Positions 20,901 through 30,005 of a DNA stretch of 64,000 bases are shown piece after piece (the stretch's first letter is position 1; the number at the start of each line of letters is the position of its first letter). The translations under genes were made by a program, and so were the position numbers. Location: positions 1,429 to 65,428 of the forward strand of contig CAYPEM010000019.1 of the NCBI GenBank assembly GCA_964409765.1, given 5' to 3'. Source of the stretch: an uncultured Chitinophagaceae bacterium. Its GTDB lineage: Bacteria; Bacteroidota; Ignavibacteria; UBA10030; UBA8401. Under the pieces are notes generated by a model that was given only the letters and a program-made list of their open reading frames with translations, was not told where the DNA came from and made no database searches.

Positions 20901-23100
20901 TATCATTATAGTTTCCACTGCCTCCACAGCCAAAATCGAGGTCATAAAGCAAATACCTAAGCTTTCCTCCCGGCTCCGAGGGCCTCCACAGCTTGATGTT
21001 ATTCGTCCAGTCGCCGATCCAGTCCCCATTATTGTAATAGGTCTCACAGATAAAATAGTCCTTGTAATTATCCATGTCCCAGAAATTACTCATCTCATTA
21101 TAATAACCGGCAGAGGTCGGATTTTGCGATGTTGCATAGTTGTACGATTCCCAGAATACATCATCACTGCCCCTTTTTACTTCGATGGAACTTCCCGACT
21201 CTATCATATAATCGACAACTTCATCATCATACCCAAAATTATTTTTGATCCAGTGCTGATCATGGTTTTCATGAATGGTAAATACTCCCCAATATGAGCC
21301 GTTCAGGTACATCACCGCGGGCTCTGTACCGATATACCCGGTGTGTGATGGCTTCATCACCCTTTCCATGAAAGCATCACGGAAATGAACAACATTCCAG
21401 TCTGTTCCGCCATTTCTCAAAACAATGTTTTTAACCTTGTCGATGTATGGCTTGTCCGGGATGAAAGTATAATTCAATTCTCCCGTTCCGTAGCGATCAC
21501 TGAGAGAAATCTCCATGCTTTTTTGCGGTTTCGCCCTCGAGTAGTTCCCATAAATTTCAATCTCTGCATCGAAATTAAAAATGAGATTTTTATTCTTGTC
21601 GTAATATTCGACCGTGGCCAGCTTTTGCCAGTCCTGCCAGAAGTTAGCGCCCTTGTATGGCGATGTCGATTCTGCATTCGGACCCATTACATAAATCCCA
21701 TCGTTGTAATCCCACAGGTTCAGTGAATCAGTGGTGATGCAGAATACCGGAAGTTTAATGGTCGTGTTTATGACGTATGTATTCGTCACAACGGCGCTTG
21801 GCAAATAACCGGATGCAAACACCCGTGCACGAATGGTCTTAGAGGAAGATATATGTAATGTGGAAGAATATGTCGGTGAAGAGGTTGTTGGTATATCGCC
21901 ATTAGTCGTATACCTGATCACGCCACCGGGTGTATTATTCGTAAGTGTCACATTCTGTGTGGAAGAATAAAAACCCGGAGCTACGGAAAATACCGGTGGA
22001 TTGGCATAGCCGGAATAACAGGTCGAAGAATTGTTGGATGCTTCGGGAGTCGGATTTTTAATCAGGCACCAGTTAGATCCCCCATCAGGCTTGCGGCCCA
22101 TGGAATGATCGGACTGCATATTGGAATATGACTGCTGATCTATTGTGGTTCCGGAACTATTGGTGAGGTATATTGTTTCACCCGCACGGCTCAATTTAAA
22201 TTTTGCGCTGAAGGATTCATGAGAATGGTTACCGAACCAGGACGGAGTTGATGAAAAAGTTGAGCCGCTTGTTTTCATTCCGAATGATAAAAACGGAATT
22301 GCGCTCAGGTCGTTTGAGGATGAGGTCTGGTTGTGTACTTCTACGGCGAGCACATTTGTTCCCTCTATTAAAATTGTCTTCAGGTATGTGGGATCAATGT
22401 AAAAAGAATCGGGATCATCCCCCTGGTACATCACAGCTTCGTGAGAAGAAATTGCAAAGTCGTTATAGTTTGGCCGGTCACCCGGTACGCCTAAATTTGC
22501 ACGCGCAATTTCATGACCGTTTAAGAAAGCAACAAATCCATCATCATAATCGATATTAAAAATTGCCTTGAGTATGTCGCTCGTATCGTTCACGGTAAAG
22601 CTCTTTCTCATCATCACGGATCTTGCGCTTGTGGTGATTGTCTTCTGATCATCACCATCGCCATATCCAATACCCCCTGTACCGCTCGACCAGCCTGAAT
22701 CGTCGAAGGAGAGATTTCTCCAGTTGGTGTCGGGCTGACTTGTGCCGGCAAAATATTTCCATGATGTACTGGCCTTAACCGCCGTCTCCCAGTGATCGAC
22801 AGGGAGATTATTATTTACATCATTTGCAAAAACGATAAGGTAATCACCCGCACCGAGTGAGTAAGATGGAAAACGAAAAAGATATGGCTGGCTTGCATCG
22901 TCGGAAAGACCGTACCCGCTTAGATTTACCGAAGATGAACCATCATTGTAGATTTCAATCCAGTCATCATATTCTCCAGTGCTGCTTGTTAGTCCGTCGA
23001 TGTTTGCCGGAACAAATTCATTAATAACGATTTGGCCGCTTGTAAAACGAGCGGTCAGTAAAAGCAATAAAAATACAGAAGCTAGAAAAGCTTTTTTCAT
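17953..23100 (-). CDS. Giant secreted multidomain protein: 2 lamin-tail domains, CotH-like domain, at least 5 tandem ~80-aa Ig-like repeats, T9SS C-terminal sorting domain
   Basis: Signal peptide MKKAFLASVFLLLLLTA. LTD-like IVINEFVPAN...DWIEIYN and CISEFNYNSDGALNSGDWIELHN. Repeats of the form RCGxGxVTLTASA..IFWYD..GG...G..FTTP....TTFYA. C-terminal IYPNPVKDMLTI...GIYFVTV. Confidence 0.7.
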   Translation of the reverse strand: MKKAFLASVFLLLLLTARFTSGQIVINEFVPANIDGLTSSTGEYDDWIEIYNDGSSSVNLSGYGLSDDASQPYLFRFPSYSLGAGDYLIVFANDVNNNLPVDHWETAVKASTSWKYFAGTSQPDTNWRNLSFDDSGWSSGTGGIGYGDGDDQKTITTSARSVMMRKSFTVNDTSDILKAIFNIDYDDGFVAFLNGHEIARANLGVPGDRPNYNDFAISSHEAVMYQGDDPDSFYIDPTYLKTILIEGTNVLAVEVHNQTSSSNDLSAIPFLSFGMKTSGSTFSSTPSWFGNHSHESFSAKFKLSRAGETIYLTNSSGTTIDQQSYSNMQSDHSMGRKPDGGSNWCLIKNPTPEASNNSSTCYSGYANPPVFSVAPGFYSSTQNVTLTNNTPGGVIRYTTNGDIPTTSSPTYSSTLHISSSKTIRARVFASGYLPSAVVTNTYVINTTIKLPVFCITTDSLNLWDYNDGIYVMGPNAESTSPYKGANFWQDWQKLATVEYYDKNKNLIFNFDAEIEIYGNYSRAKPQKSMEISLSDRYGTGELNYTFIPDKPYIDKVKNIVLRNGGTDWNVVHFRDAFMERVMKPSHTGYIGTEPAVMYLNGSYWGVFTIHENHDQHWIKNNFGYDDEVVDYMIESGSSIEVKRGSDDVFWESYNYATSQNPTSAGYYNEMSNFWDMDNYKDYFICETYYNNGDWIGDWTNNIKLWRPSEPGGKLRYLLYDLDFGCGGSGNYNDNRLAIAINPTANSNSSNMFRSMLNNPQFKREFINRYADLINTIFKPSYMLGIMHSFQDSMEYDMTKHFAKWGSTVSNWHSHINSMQSFINNRPAVARDQIESQFNLNRQVTLTFNVNPSGAGRIQVSTVVPTSYPWTGVYFNGNPVTITAIPNPGYTFDRWNSNHAISNDHNQTTTYDFANATESITAYFSGSSQAPSVCISEFNYNSDGALNSGDWIELHNYSSSSINISGWKLKDSDDLNTYVFPVGTAIPSHGYLVVAQDLTKFSGVFPSVNNVMGELGFSLSNGGDQIRLLDANDQVLISFYYQDVSPWPVEADGQGYTCELTSNTANPGDGNNWEIGCLGGSPGAQRSSGITTATHVEGNTSFCQGGYTVLTANHTAGYNYQWLLNGSDIPGATDTTYTAVSGGEYTVRVSNQGCSGYSDTLEVTIVSSGQAPVANTVSRCGEGIVTLTASAPDSIYWFDAPNGNIVGTGTTFTTPTLTNTTTYYAQTSLSCPSVKVPVDAIINEITATPVVSDVSRCGAGSVTIQAIDTAVVNWYNASTGGGLLFTGNTFVTGFIPHDTIFYCEAGTVCVSERVAVNVVVNSASPPLVRDVSRCGDGTLTLTASALAPIFWYDSVVAGHQVGAGVNFTTPVLSETKTYYAESNNGCASERVPALAMINTIPDAPAGSDSTFCEGGVVSLYATADVQIFWYDTPTGGTALASGSLFNTPSISTSTTFYAEAYDLCSSPVRTPIRAIIEPRAQTPVGSDAIICGSGSAFLSAQANEPIFWFSQPTGGTVLAMGNSYTTPVLDSTTTFYAVAISNCSSTPQPVVATVFPNPDISLGPDTVIESGSSINLDAGPGYDFYSWSTGATTRKITVNSSNTYSVEVGLNGCTNVSSVTVTVVLGLQEISAIEGSINIYPNPVKDMLTIRLESKKNLKSEFIIHDITGKELYRENFKLFNGINSQTINMSDFAKGIYFVTVRSNDFSKTMSIVVE

Positions 23101-23364
23101 GTGTGGTACAGAATATGCCGATTTTCAGGAGGAATTTCCGGATACGAAGATAAAAACCTAATGAATAGCGGCGTGAGTTTTTTGACTAACTGTTAGTATT
23201 GGTTGGTAAAGTTTTTAACGTTGAAACCCGTTCAACATCGCAAAAGTACGGGCTTTCAGCTTTTCCCGTTTAGACGAATCCCAAATTAATCAGGAAGTAA
23301 CTAACAATCCCGTTGTGAATATCCCTAATGAAATATTTTTTAGCTTTGATTCAAATAGGAAACG

Positions 23365-24090
23365 ATGGACAAATCCCGCAGAAGTTTTTTACGCAAAGGA
23401 TCGCTGCTGACCCTCGCCGGCATTGGCGCACAAGTGTTTTCAAATCAGATTATTAACGCAATGTCGCTCCCCGATGGACTTTCCGGCGATCAGCCTTTTA
23501 CGCTACCTGATTTGCCCTATGAAACTGATGCATTGGAGCCCTTCATCGACAAGATGACCATGGAAATCCACCACGCAAAACATCACCAGGCATATGTTGA
23601 TAACTTGAACAAGGCCATGGCTGCGGGGAACATCAAGGCTACCCTGGATGAGCTAATATCAAAGGCCGGTACTTTTCCGCCAACGGTAAGGAATAACGCC
23701 GGCGGCCACTGGAATCATTCCTTTTTCTGGAAGCTTATGAAACCCGGAGGCGGAGGCCCGCCTGACGGCCCCATAGTAGAAATGATTGAGGAGACGTTTG
23801 GAACATTCGATGTGATGAAGACTCAGCTGGAGGATGCTGCACTAAAGCGTTTCGGATCGGGCTGGGCATGGCTCGTCGTGAGTCCCGATAACAAGCTCGC
23901 CATTGGCTCAACGCCAAACCAGGATAATCCGCTGATGGATGTGTCCGATTTTAAAGGCAAACCGGTTCTCGGAATCGATGTATGGGAACATGCATATTAT
24001 CTGAAGTACCAGAATCGCCGCGGCGAATATTTAAAGTCGTGGTGGAATGTGATTAACTGGATCGAGGTGAATAAAAACCTTGAAATGTAA
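23365..24090 (+). CDS. sodA: Fe/Mn superoxide dismutase with twin-arginine (Tat) signal peptide
   Basis: RRSFLRKGSLLTLAGIGA Tat signal. HHAKHHQAYV and DVWEHAYYL metal-ligand motifs. Confidence 0.85.
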   Translation: MDKSRRSFLRKGSLLTLAGIGAQVFSNQIINAMSLPDGLSGDQPFTLPDLPYETDALEPFIDKMTMEIHHAKHHQAYVDNLNKAMAAGNIKATLDELISKAGTFPPTVRNNAGGHWNHSFFWKLMKPGGGGPPDGPIVEMIEETFGTFDVMKTQLEDAALKRFGSGWAWLVVSPDNKLAIGSTPNQDNPLMDVSDFKGKPVLGIDVWEHAYYLKYQNRRGEYLKSWWNVINWIEVNKNLEM

Positions 24091-24163
24091 TTTGAGAATT
24101 TGAAAATGACTTCTCCGCACGGGGGATCTCATTTTCAAATTAGCACATTTTCAAATTCTCAAA

Positions 24164-25087
24164 TTAAACTAATTCAATATCAAACTGAACAAGGTTAATA
24201 AACTGGTGTACGCGTTCATCGATTTCCGCTTGTGTCAGGCTTGCCAGTCTTTCTATGCCGAATTTTTCCACGCAGAAGGAGGCCATGGCCGAGCCATAGA
24301 TAATTCCCCTTTTCATGTTGTCGAATGATATATCGCGGGTTTGTGCCAGGTAGCCGATAAATCCTCCTGCAAACGTATCGCCGGCGCCAGTAGGATCGAA
24401 GACATCCTCGAGAGGAAGTGCGGGAGCAAAAAAGACCTGCTCTTTGTTAAAGAGCAGAGCGCCGTGTTCCCCTTTCTTTATGATTAAGTATTTGGGTCCC
24501 ATATTGAGAATTTTCTGGGCTGCGCGGACTAAAGAATATTCCTTTGTGAGTTGCCTGGCTTCGGAATCATTGATGGTGAGTACATCGACGAGTTTGATAG
24601 TCTCTATGAGCGAGTCCCATTGTGTTTCCATCCAGAAATTCATTGTATCCATGACGACCAGGCGGGGTCTTTTGTTGAGTCGCTCGATGACTTTTTTCTG
24701 AAGCTGGGGCATGAGATTGCTGAGCATGAGAAATTCGCAGTCCTGGTAGGAATTTGGAATTTCCGGGTCAAAGTCGAGCAGAACATTCAATTGAGTATCG
24801 AGTGTATCCCGGGTATTCATGTCAACATGATATCGCCCTGACCAGAAAAAGGTTTTTTGACCTTTTTTAACCTGGAGGCCTTCGGTTCCGATGCCCATTT
24901 CGGTGAATTTGCTGATCATTTCGCGAGGGAAATCGTCGCCAACAACAGAAACCAGTTTGATTCCTTTTGTAAAGAAGGAGGCGGAAATGCCTGAGTATGT
25001 GGCAGCGCCGCCGATAATTTTATCTGTTTTTCCGAATGGTGTTTCGATGGCATCGAAAGCAACTGTGCCGACAACGACGAGGCTCAT
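24164..25087 (-). CDS. PfkB-family carbohydrate kinase (ribokinase-like)
   Basis: C-terminal DPTGAGDTFAGGFIGYL anion-hole/ATP motif. Confidence 0.8.
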   Translation of the reverse strand: MSLVVVGTVAFDAIETPFGKTDKIIGGAATYSGISASFFTKGIKLVSVVGDDFPREMISKFTEMGIGTEGLQVKKGQKTFFWSGRYHVDMNTRDTLDTQLNVLLDFDPEIPNSYQDCEFLMLSNLMPQLQKKVIERLNKRPRLVVMDTMNFWMETQWDSLIETIKLVDVLTINDSEARQLTKEYSLVRAAQKILNMGPKYLIIKKGEHGALLFNKEQVFFAPALPLEDVFDPTGAGDTFAGGFIGYLAQTRDISFDNMKRGIIYGSAMASFCVEKFGIERLASLTQAEIDERVHQFINLVQFDIELV

Positions 25088-25251
25088 TTTATTTCAAAAT
25101 TTTGGGTGAAGATATTGTATTTCATCGAATATTCTTTACTTTTGTCGCCCCTAAAACCTCGTTTCTGTGTGCTTTAGTCCGCCAGCCGGCGGATGGCTTG
25201 AGAAGTGGGCGGGTGGTTTTTCTCCTTGAATTTGACAAAGAGAAAGTCTAT

Positions 25252-25328
25252 TCTTCCTTAGCTCAGCTGGTTAGAGCATCTGACTGTTAATCAGAGGGTC
25301 CCTGGTTCGAGCCCAGGAGGGAGAGCCA
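25252..25328 (+). tRNA. tRNA-Asn (anticodon GTT)
   Basis: Manually folded cloverleaf. Acceptor tcttcct/agggaga (one G-U pair). D-arm gctc...gagc. Anticodon stem tctga/tcaga with loop ctGTTaa. T-arm cctgg-ttcgagc-ccagg. Discriminator G plus encoded CCA. Confidence 0.85.
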
Positions 25329-26832
25329 ATTCAAGAAGGTCAGCAATTCGCTGGCCTTTCTTGTTTACTCCATTTTGTAATTGCTTGTGAACCTGAGTGA
25401 TGAGCTGAACTGCAGGGCTCAATTTTGCGGTTCGAACTTTTTCCTCCTCAAAAACCATATTTTGGACTAATATCGAACCAAGAAGTTTCTGTTTTACTTC
25501 TAATTTACTGTCAACATAAAACTCTCCAATATTATTACATAACCTGAAAAGGAAATTGAATGAGTGATTATAGCTCTTGTTACCAGTGACCTTTTCATTA
25601 AGATTGGATTGCATAGACAATAATTCTTCATGCAACTTTTTCTTCATTTCTGAATACGTTGATTTGTCGATTTCATCTGCAATGAATTTCCTATTCAGAG
25701 ATTCAATGAGCAATTGGTGGGATTCAATTTTTTGATTGAGAGAATTGATTTTTGAATGCTGATTTTTATCAGGACCATCTTTCATTTGTTTGACCAATTG
25801 TTTTGAAATCTGTTTTGATTGGTCCGTCAATTTTGATAACAACTCATCTAAAAACAAATGTGCTCGTGTTGCAGGAATCCGGAAATCACAATTGTATTTT
25901 GTTTGGCAATGGTAATAGTTGTAAAGCGATTTGTTTCTGCTCCTGGAAGAAGATGCCGTCAACTTCTGGCCGCATTTCGGACAATCTAAAAATCCCCTGA
26001 GCGGAAAAATAACACTGCGGGTAGTATTGACTTTGATTCTCCTTTTGCCGGAAAGATAATCCTGGACGGCATTAAATGTCTCCCATGAAATTATTGGCGG
26101 ATGTTTCCCTTCTACAATTTCTTCCACTTCATCACGCCAGGTTCTGATTAGAATCTTTCCTGTATAAATAGGATTGCGAAGTAAATTCAAGAATTGCTGC
26201 TTGCTGCAGATAAACCCCTTTTGTCTTATTTGCCTTCTTACTTCTTCTGCAGGATGCATTCCGGTTGCCATCATTTCAAACGCCTCCTTTATGTAAGGAG
26301 CGGTCTCATCATCAATGTCAATCGATTTATTAGCTGGAACATTTTTATAGCCAAATGGAGCACGCCACATCCAGCGTCCCTGTCTTAAGCCATGACGCAT
26401 TGCAACTTTTGTATTCAGACCTCTCCGGTCATTCTCGACCTGGGCCAGCGTACTATCAAGAACATAATAGAAATAATCTTCCGGAGTTCGAATTGTGTAA
26501 TCTTTCTCCACAGTTCGAAATTCGATTTTCATCTCCTGGAACCTTCGTAACATTTGCAGGCTCTCCATAAGATTCCTGCTGAATCTGTCTAAACGAACGC
26601 ATACAAAAGCATCCGGCTGGATTTTTTTAGTCTGTAAGTCATTAATAAATCGATTGAAAGAAGGCCGGTTGAATGATTTTGCCGAAACATCGTCCTGGTA
26701 ATGGGCAATTATTTCAAAATCATTCCGGATACAATATTTCCGTAACCGGTCTTCTTGTTCTTGAAGTGAAATTCCTGATACACGCTGGTCTTCAGTCGAT
26801 ACCCGGCTGTAAATTACTACCTTCTTTTTCAT
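25291..26832 (-). CDS. Large serine recombinase (resolvase domain, recombinase domain, zinc ribbon); the 3' end overlaps the 3' end of tRNA-Asn
   Basis: MKKKVVIYSRVSTEDQ...SLQEQ catalytic Ser region (internal Met of the ORF 25291..26925). CPKCGQKL...YYHC zinc-ribbon region. The C-terminal residues are read through the tRNA sequence. Confidence 0.8.
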   Translation of the reverse strand: MKKKVVIYSRVSTEDQRVSGISLQEQEDRLRKYCIRNDFEIIAHYQDDVSAKSFNRPSFNRFINDLQTKKIQPDAFVCVRLDRFSRNLMESLQMLRRFQEMKIEFRTVEKDYTIRTPEDYFYYVLDSTLAQVENDRRGLNTKVAMRHGLRQGRWMWRAPFGYKNVPANKSIDIDDETAPYIKEAFEMMATGMHPAEEVRRQIRQKGFICSKQQFLNLLRNPIYTGKILIRTWRDEVEEIVEGKHPPIISWETFNAVQDYLSGKRRIKVNTTRSVIFPLRGFLDCPKCGQKLTASSSRSRNKSLYNYYHCQTKYNCDFRIPATRAHLFLDELLSKLTDQSKQISKQLVKQMKDGPDKNQHSKINSLNQKIESHQLLIESLNRKFIADEIDKSTYSEMKKKLHEELLSMQSNLNEKVTGNKSYNHSFNFLFRLCNNIGEFYVDSKLEVKQKLLGSILVQNMVFEEEKVRTAKLSPAVQLITQVHKQLQNGVNKKGQRIADLLELALPPGLEPGTL

Positions 26833-28330
26833 TATCCTTTCCTTTAACTTCTTTTTGTAGAAGCTTAAAGTTAGGATTAAATTGTAAATTCCGAATCTTG
26901 TCCTTTTCAAAGGTAATTGAACCATCTATGATAGTATCAAGCAATTCGTACTGACAATCAATAACTGCGGTCCAAAAGAATGAATTAAAGTCCTTCAGGA
27001 GATGGTTGTGTGTTCGAGTATATATACTGTATGACGATTCTATTTTCGCCAATGAATCCAATTCTTCATCGTACATTTTCCTGTCGGTTTTTAATCTACT
27101 AAGAAGTAAATCATATTCCTCCTTTTCAATTTTTTTCCCGGCTAACAAATCGACCAGCTCGATGTGCTTTATTTTAATATTATTCGTGAGCTCTTCCAAT
27201 TGCTTAATGCGATTTGTGCGGGTCGAATCATCCATAGCAAAGACATTTTCAAGAACCATCAAGTATGCCTTTTGTATAGAGGTGCTAAATTGAATACCCT
27301 TAAGTACATTCTCAAATAAATTATGAGCTACATCAATTCCAAAATTGAATGAACACGTTTTGTTTTTTCTTTGGCAATTATAATAATGGAAGTATGTACC
27401 ATTACGACTTTTACTTCCTCCTGCTGTCAATTTTTCACCGCAGTCAGGACAAATCAAAAACCCTCGTAAAGGATACCTTGGGTTTCTTTTTTTCTGCGAT
27501 ATCCCTTTTCGACTGCGCTCAGCAAGCCTTTCCTGAACCAAATACCAGGTCGTTTCACTGACTAATGCAGGATGTTTACCTTTTACAAGTGTCACAATGC
27601 CTTGTTCATCTGTATATTTCAAATACCCCATATAAAAAGGGTTATGTAACACATTGTAGAATGTTTGCTTCTGAATTTTCAAGCCATATTTTTTGTTTAA
27701 ATATTTGCGAGCGCCTTCACCGGTAAAGGCTCCTGACGCTATTATTGAAAACGCTTCACGCCAAATATGGGCAGTCTTTTCGTTAAAAACGGTTTGTGAT
27801 TCTGTCCTTTTCAAAGGGTCCTTGTGTTTATTTCCTAAAATTTTCTTGTATCCAGGACCTACACGAAAAGGCGCATTTCCATTTCTGATTTGCTGCTTTA
27901 TCCCACTTTCAGCCTTTGCTGCCCGGCTCATATTGTCGTCTTGTGCACGATAAGCATCATGAACATATTCACGTCTGCCAGCTACTGAATGGAGGTTATA
28001 CTTCTTTTCAAGGGTGTATAACTCAATGCCTGCATTCATAAGAATTGGAATTAAATCTTGTGCTGTTGATACATCACGACTGAACCTGTCGAAAGAAATA
28101 CAAAGAATAGAATCAAATCGAGATGTTTTTGCTTTCATTTCTTTGATTATTTTAGAAATATATTTTCGTTTGAAATTCTTGGCCGGACAAATCTCATGTA
28201 TTATCTCGACTATAATCCATCCTCGGCTATTGCAATATTCTTTCAATCGATATTCTTGGTCTTCCAGGGACATACCGTAAATGGATTGTTTAAGGGAAGA
28301 CACTCTACAATAAAGAATTACTTTTTTCAT
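26792..28330 (-). CDS. Large serine recombinase, second of a tandem pair
   Basis: MKKVILYCRVSSLKQS...SLEDQ. CPDCGEKL...YYNC. 512 aa. Start overlaps the downstream recombinase gene. Confidence 0.8.
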   Translation of the reverse strand: MKKVILYCRVSSLKQSIYGMSLEDQEYRLKEYCNSRGWIIVEIIHEICPAKNFKRKYISKIIKEMKAKTSRFDSILCISFDRFSRDVSTAQDLIPILMNAGIELYTLEKKYNLHSVAGRREYVHDAYRAQDDNMSRAAKAESGIKQQIRNGNAPFRVGPGYKKILGNKHKDPLKRTESQTVFNEKTAHIWREAFSIIASGAFTGEGARKYLNKKYGLKIQKQTFYNVLHNPFYMGYLKYTDEQGIVTLVKGKHPALVSETTWYLVQERLAERSRKGISQKKRNPRYPLRGFLICPDCGEKLTAGGSKSRNGTYFHYYNCQRKNKTCSFNFGIDVAHNLFENVLKGIQFSTSIQKAYLMVLENVFAMDDSTRTNRIKQLEELTNNIKIKHIELVDLLAGKKIEKEEYDLLLSRLKTDRKMYDEELDSLAKIESSYSIYTRTHNHLLKDFNSFFWTAVIDCQYELLDTIIDGSITFEKDKIRNLQFNPNFKLLQKEVKGKDNEKEGSNLQPGID

Positions 28331-28467
28331 TTGATTATTTTTTATGATTTTTTGTATGATATGAATGCTCTATGTCGGCCAACCTTTTGAGCGTTTGGAT
28401 TACAAGCTTCAACTCTTCTTCGTTAATTTTAACGGGGCCGGAATTGATAATTTTCTTTAATTCTGCT

Positions 28468-28818
28468 TCAGTCACTATCGGAAAGTGTTGTATCAGTCTT
28501 CCGGTTTATGGGCGTGGCTGATGGATTTCCGGATGTGCTTTTTAAAGCAAGTGGAATAGAATGTTTGATTGATAATTCCTGAGCCACCTTTTTGCCAGCT
28601 CTCTTCTTTAAAGAGAAATCGACATCAGGCCTGGAACCGATTATATCGTGAAATGGAGTATCAACAGGAAATTTCCTGGTAACTGTGATTGGAATCAATC
28701 CGTTTTTTACCGGACCGATTAAAATTTCCTGGTCCGGATTCTTTAAATAATCTTCCAGGAATGAAAAGATTGGATGTTCTTTCATTGCTAATCGGGTTAA
28801 CTTAGAATTACAAGACAA
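28468..28818 (-). CDS. Hypothetical protein. The coding sequence appears to continue in another frame toward 28340, so a frameshift or a small overlapping gene is possible.
   Basis: ORF track. Manual reverse-complement reading of 28345-28470 gives a further peptide (..PIVTEAELKKIINSGPVKINEEELKLVIQTLKRLADI..) in a different frame. Confidence 0.3.
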   Translation of the reverse strand: MSCNSKLTRLAMKEHPIFSFLEDYLKNPDQEILIGPVKNGLIPITVTRKFPVDTPFHDIIGSRPDVDFSLKKRAGKKVAQELSIKHSIPLALKSTSGNPSATPINRKTDTTLSDSD

Positions 28819-29450
28819 CCCCGATTACAACAGACATCAATACCGACATTCACATGACATCAAAACATGATGCATGAATATGTATTTTCAGGAAACTCTT
28901 CCGGAAGACTCAAGGATATGGCTACGCCACTTAAAAACCGTCCTTGGCTTTCAGATAGAGCTTCGCTAAAGGAACAAAGTGTTCCGAAGTGAAGTAATCG
29001 GGATTGTTGCCGGGATTCTAAGTTGAAAAGCTCCGAAAAGCCGTCACCACATGGGGTGAACACTCAACTATATAAGATAACAGTAGGCAACAGTTACTGC
29101 ATCGATGCAAAAATATATAATTTTTTTGAGACCGCACAAATAAATCTAAAAGTTTTTTATTTAATCCGCAATTTTTAAAATTAAATGGGACAATAATATT
29201 TTCGAAAATTAAATTCAGAATTAATTTGTTGGAAGATTTTATATTCGATTAAAATGAATGGTTCATAGAAATTTAAAGAGATTTTTTATCGCCCAAATCG
29301 AAAAAAAAATTTTTGCCTTCACGGAAAATCTGACGTTTTTAATTTTGAATGTTCGCTGAAAATGCTGGATTTACGCTGGATTCGAAGATTTTTCATGTGT
29401 AACATTTTGAAAAAAGAGCGTTTAAAGTGGTATAATCAAAAATTAAAATT

Positions 29451-29996
29451 ATGTCACAAAAAACAAAAACATCAAAAGGAATTGCGTCAAAGAAAAATGT
29501 CGCAAATCAAAATGCTTTAGAAAAAGCTAATCCACATTTAAAAAACCCTGACGTATTCTATCACATCAAGCCAGTAGGCAAGGTCGATAAAATTATTAAG
29601 GAAGGATTAAAATCTTATGGAGGTGAAATTTTTGTAGTCACAAGCCATGACATCAAAATAGCTGGACAGAACATTATTGAGCGAATCGCCCGCACTCAAA
29701 TGTTCCTGGAAGAGTATGCACTATTAAAAATTGAAGCTACTGGAATAACCGGAAAGATTACTGAAGATAATGTAGGGGAGTATACTGCACCATACCATCG
29801 AGTTATCCTTCAGGACATTATTTCTCCTGAATTCATTACTCTGGTTGAGAAAGTCAAACTAAAACCGATTGGGGATTTACTACGACAGCAACTAAAAAAT
29901 TCCGGCTTGAATGCAAATGATATCGAAAAGCTTGTCAAAAGTGAAGAAGATTTAATCACCTATACCGCAAAATCGAAATCAGGACGGATAAAATAA
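29451..29996 (+). CDS. Hypothetical protein (island cargo)
   Basis: ORF track; no recognisable motif. Confidence 0.4.
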   Translation: MSQKTKTSKGIASKKNVANQNALEKANPHLKNPDVFYHIKPVGKVDKIIKEGLKSYGGEIFVVTSHDIKIAGQNIIERIARTQMFLEEYALLKIEATGITGKITEDNVGEYTAPYHRVILQDIISPEFITLVEKVKLKPIGDLLRQQLKNSGLNANDIEKLVKSEEDLITYTAKSKSGRIK

Positions 29997-30005
29997 CAAA
30001 ATATC

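Noticed and set aside
18402-22559. About fifteen 60-170-aa ORFs in both orientations inside 17953..23100
   Set aside because: They are nested within the continuous 1715-aa CDS. Their Arg/Cys/Ser-rich translations are typical of spurious frames in a GC-richer gene.
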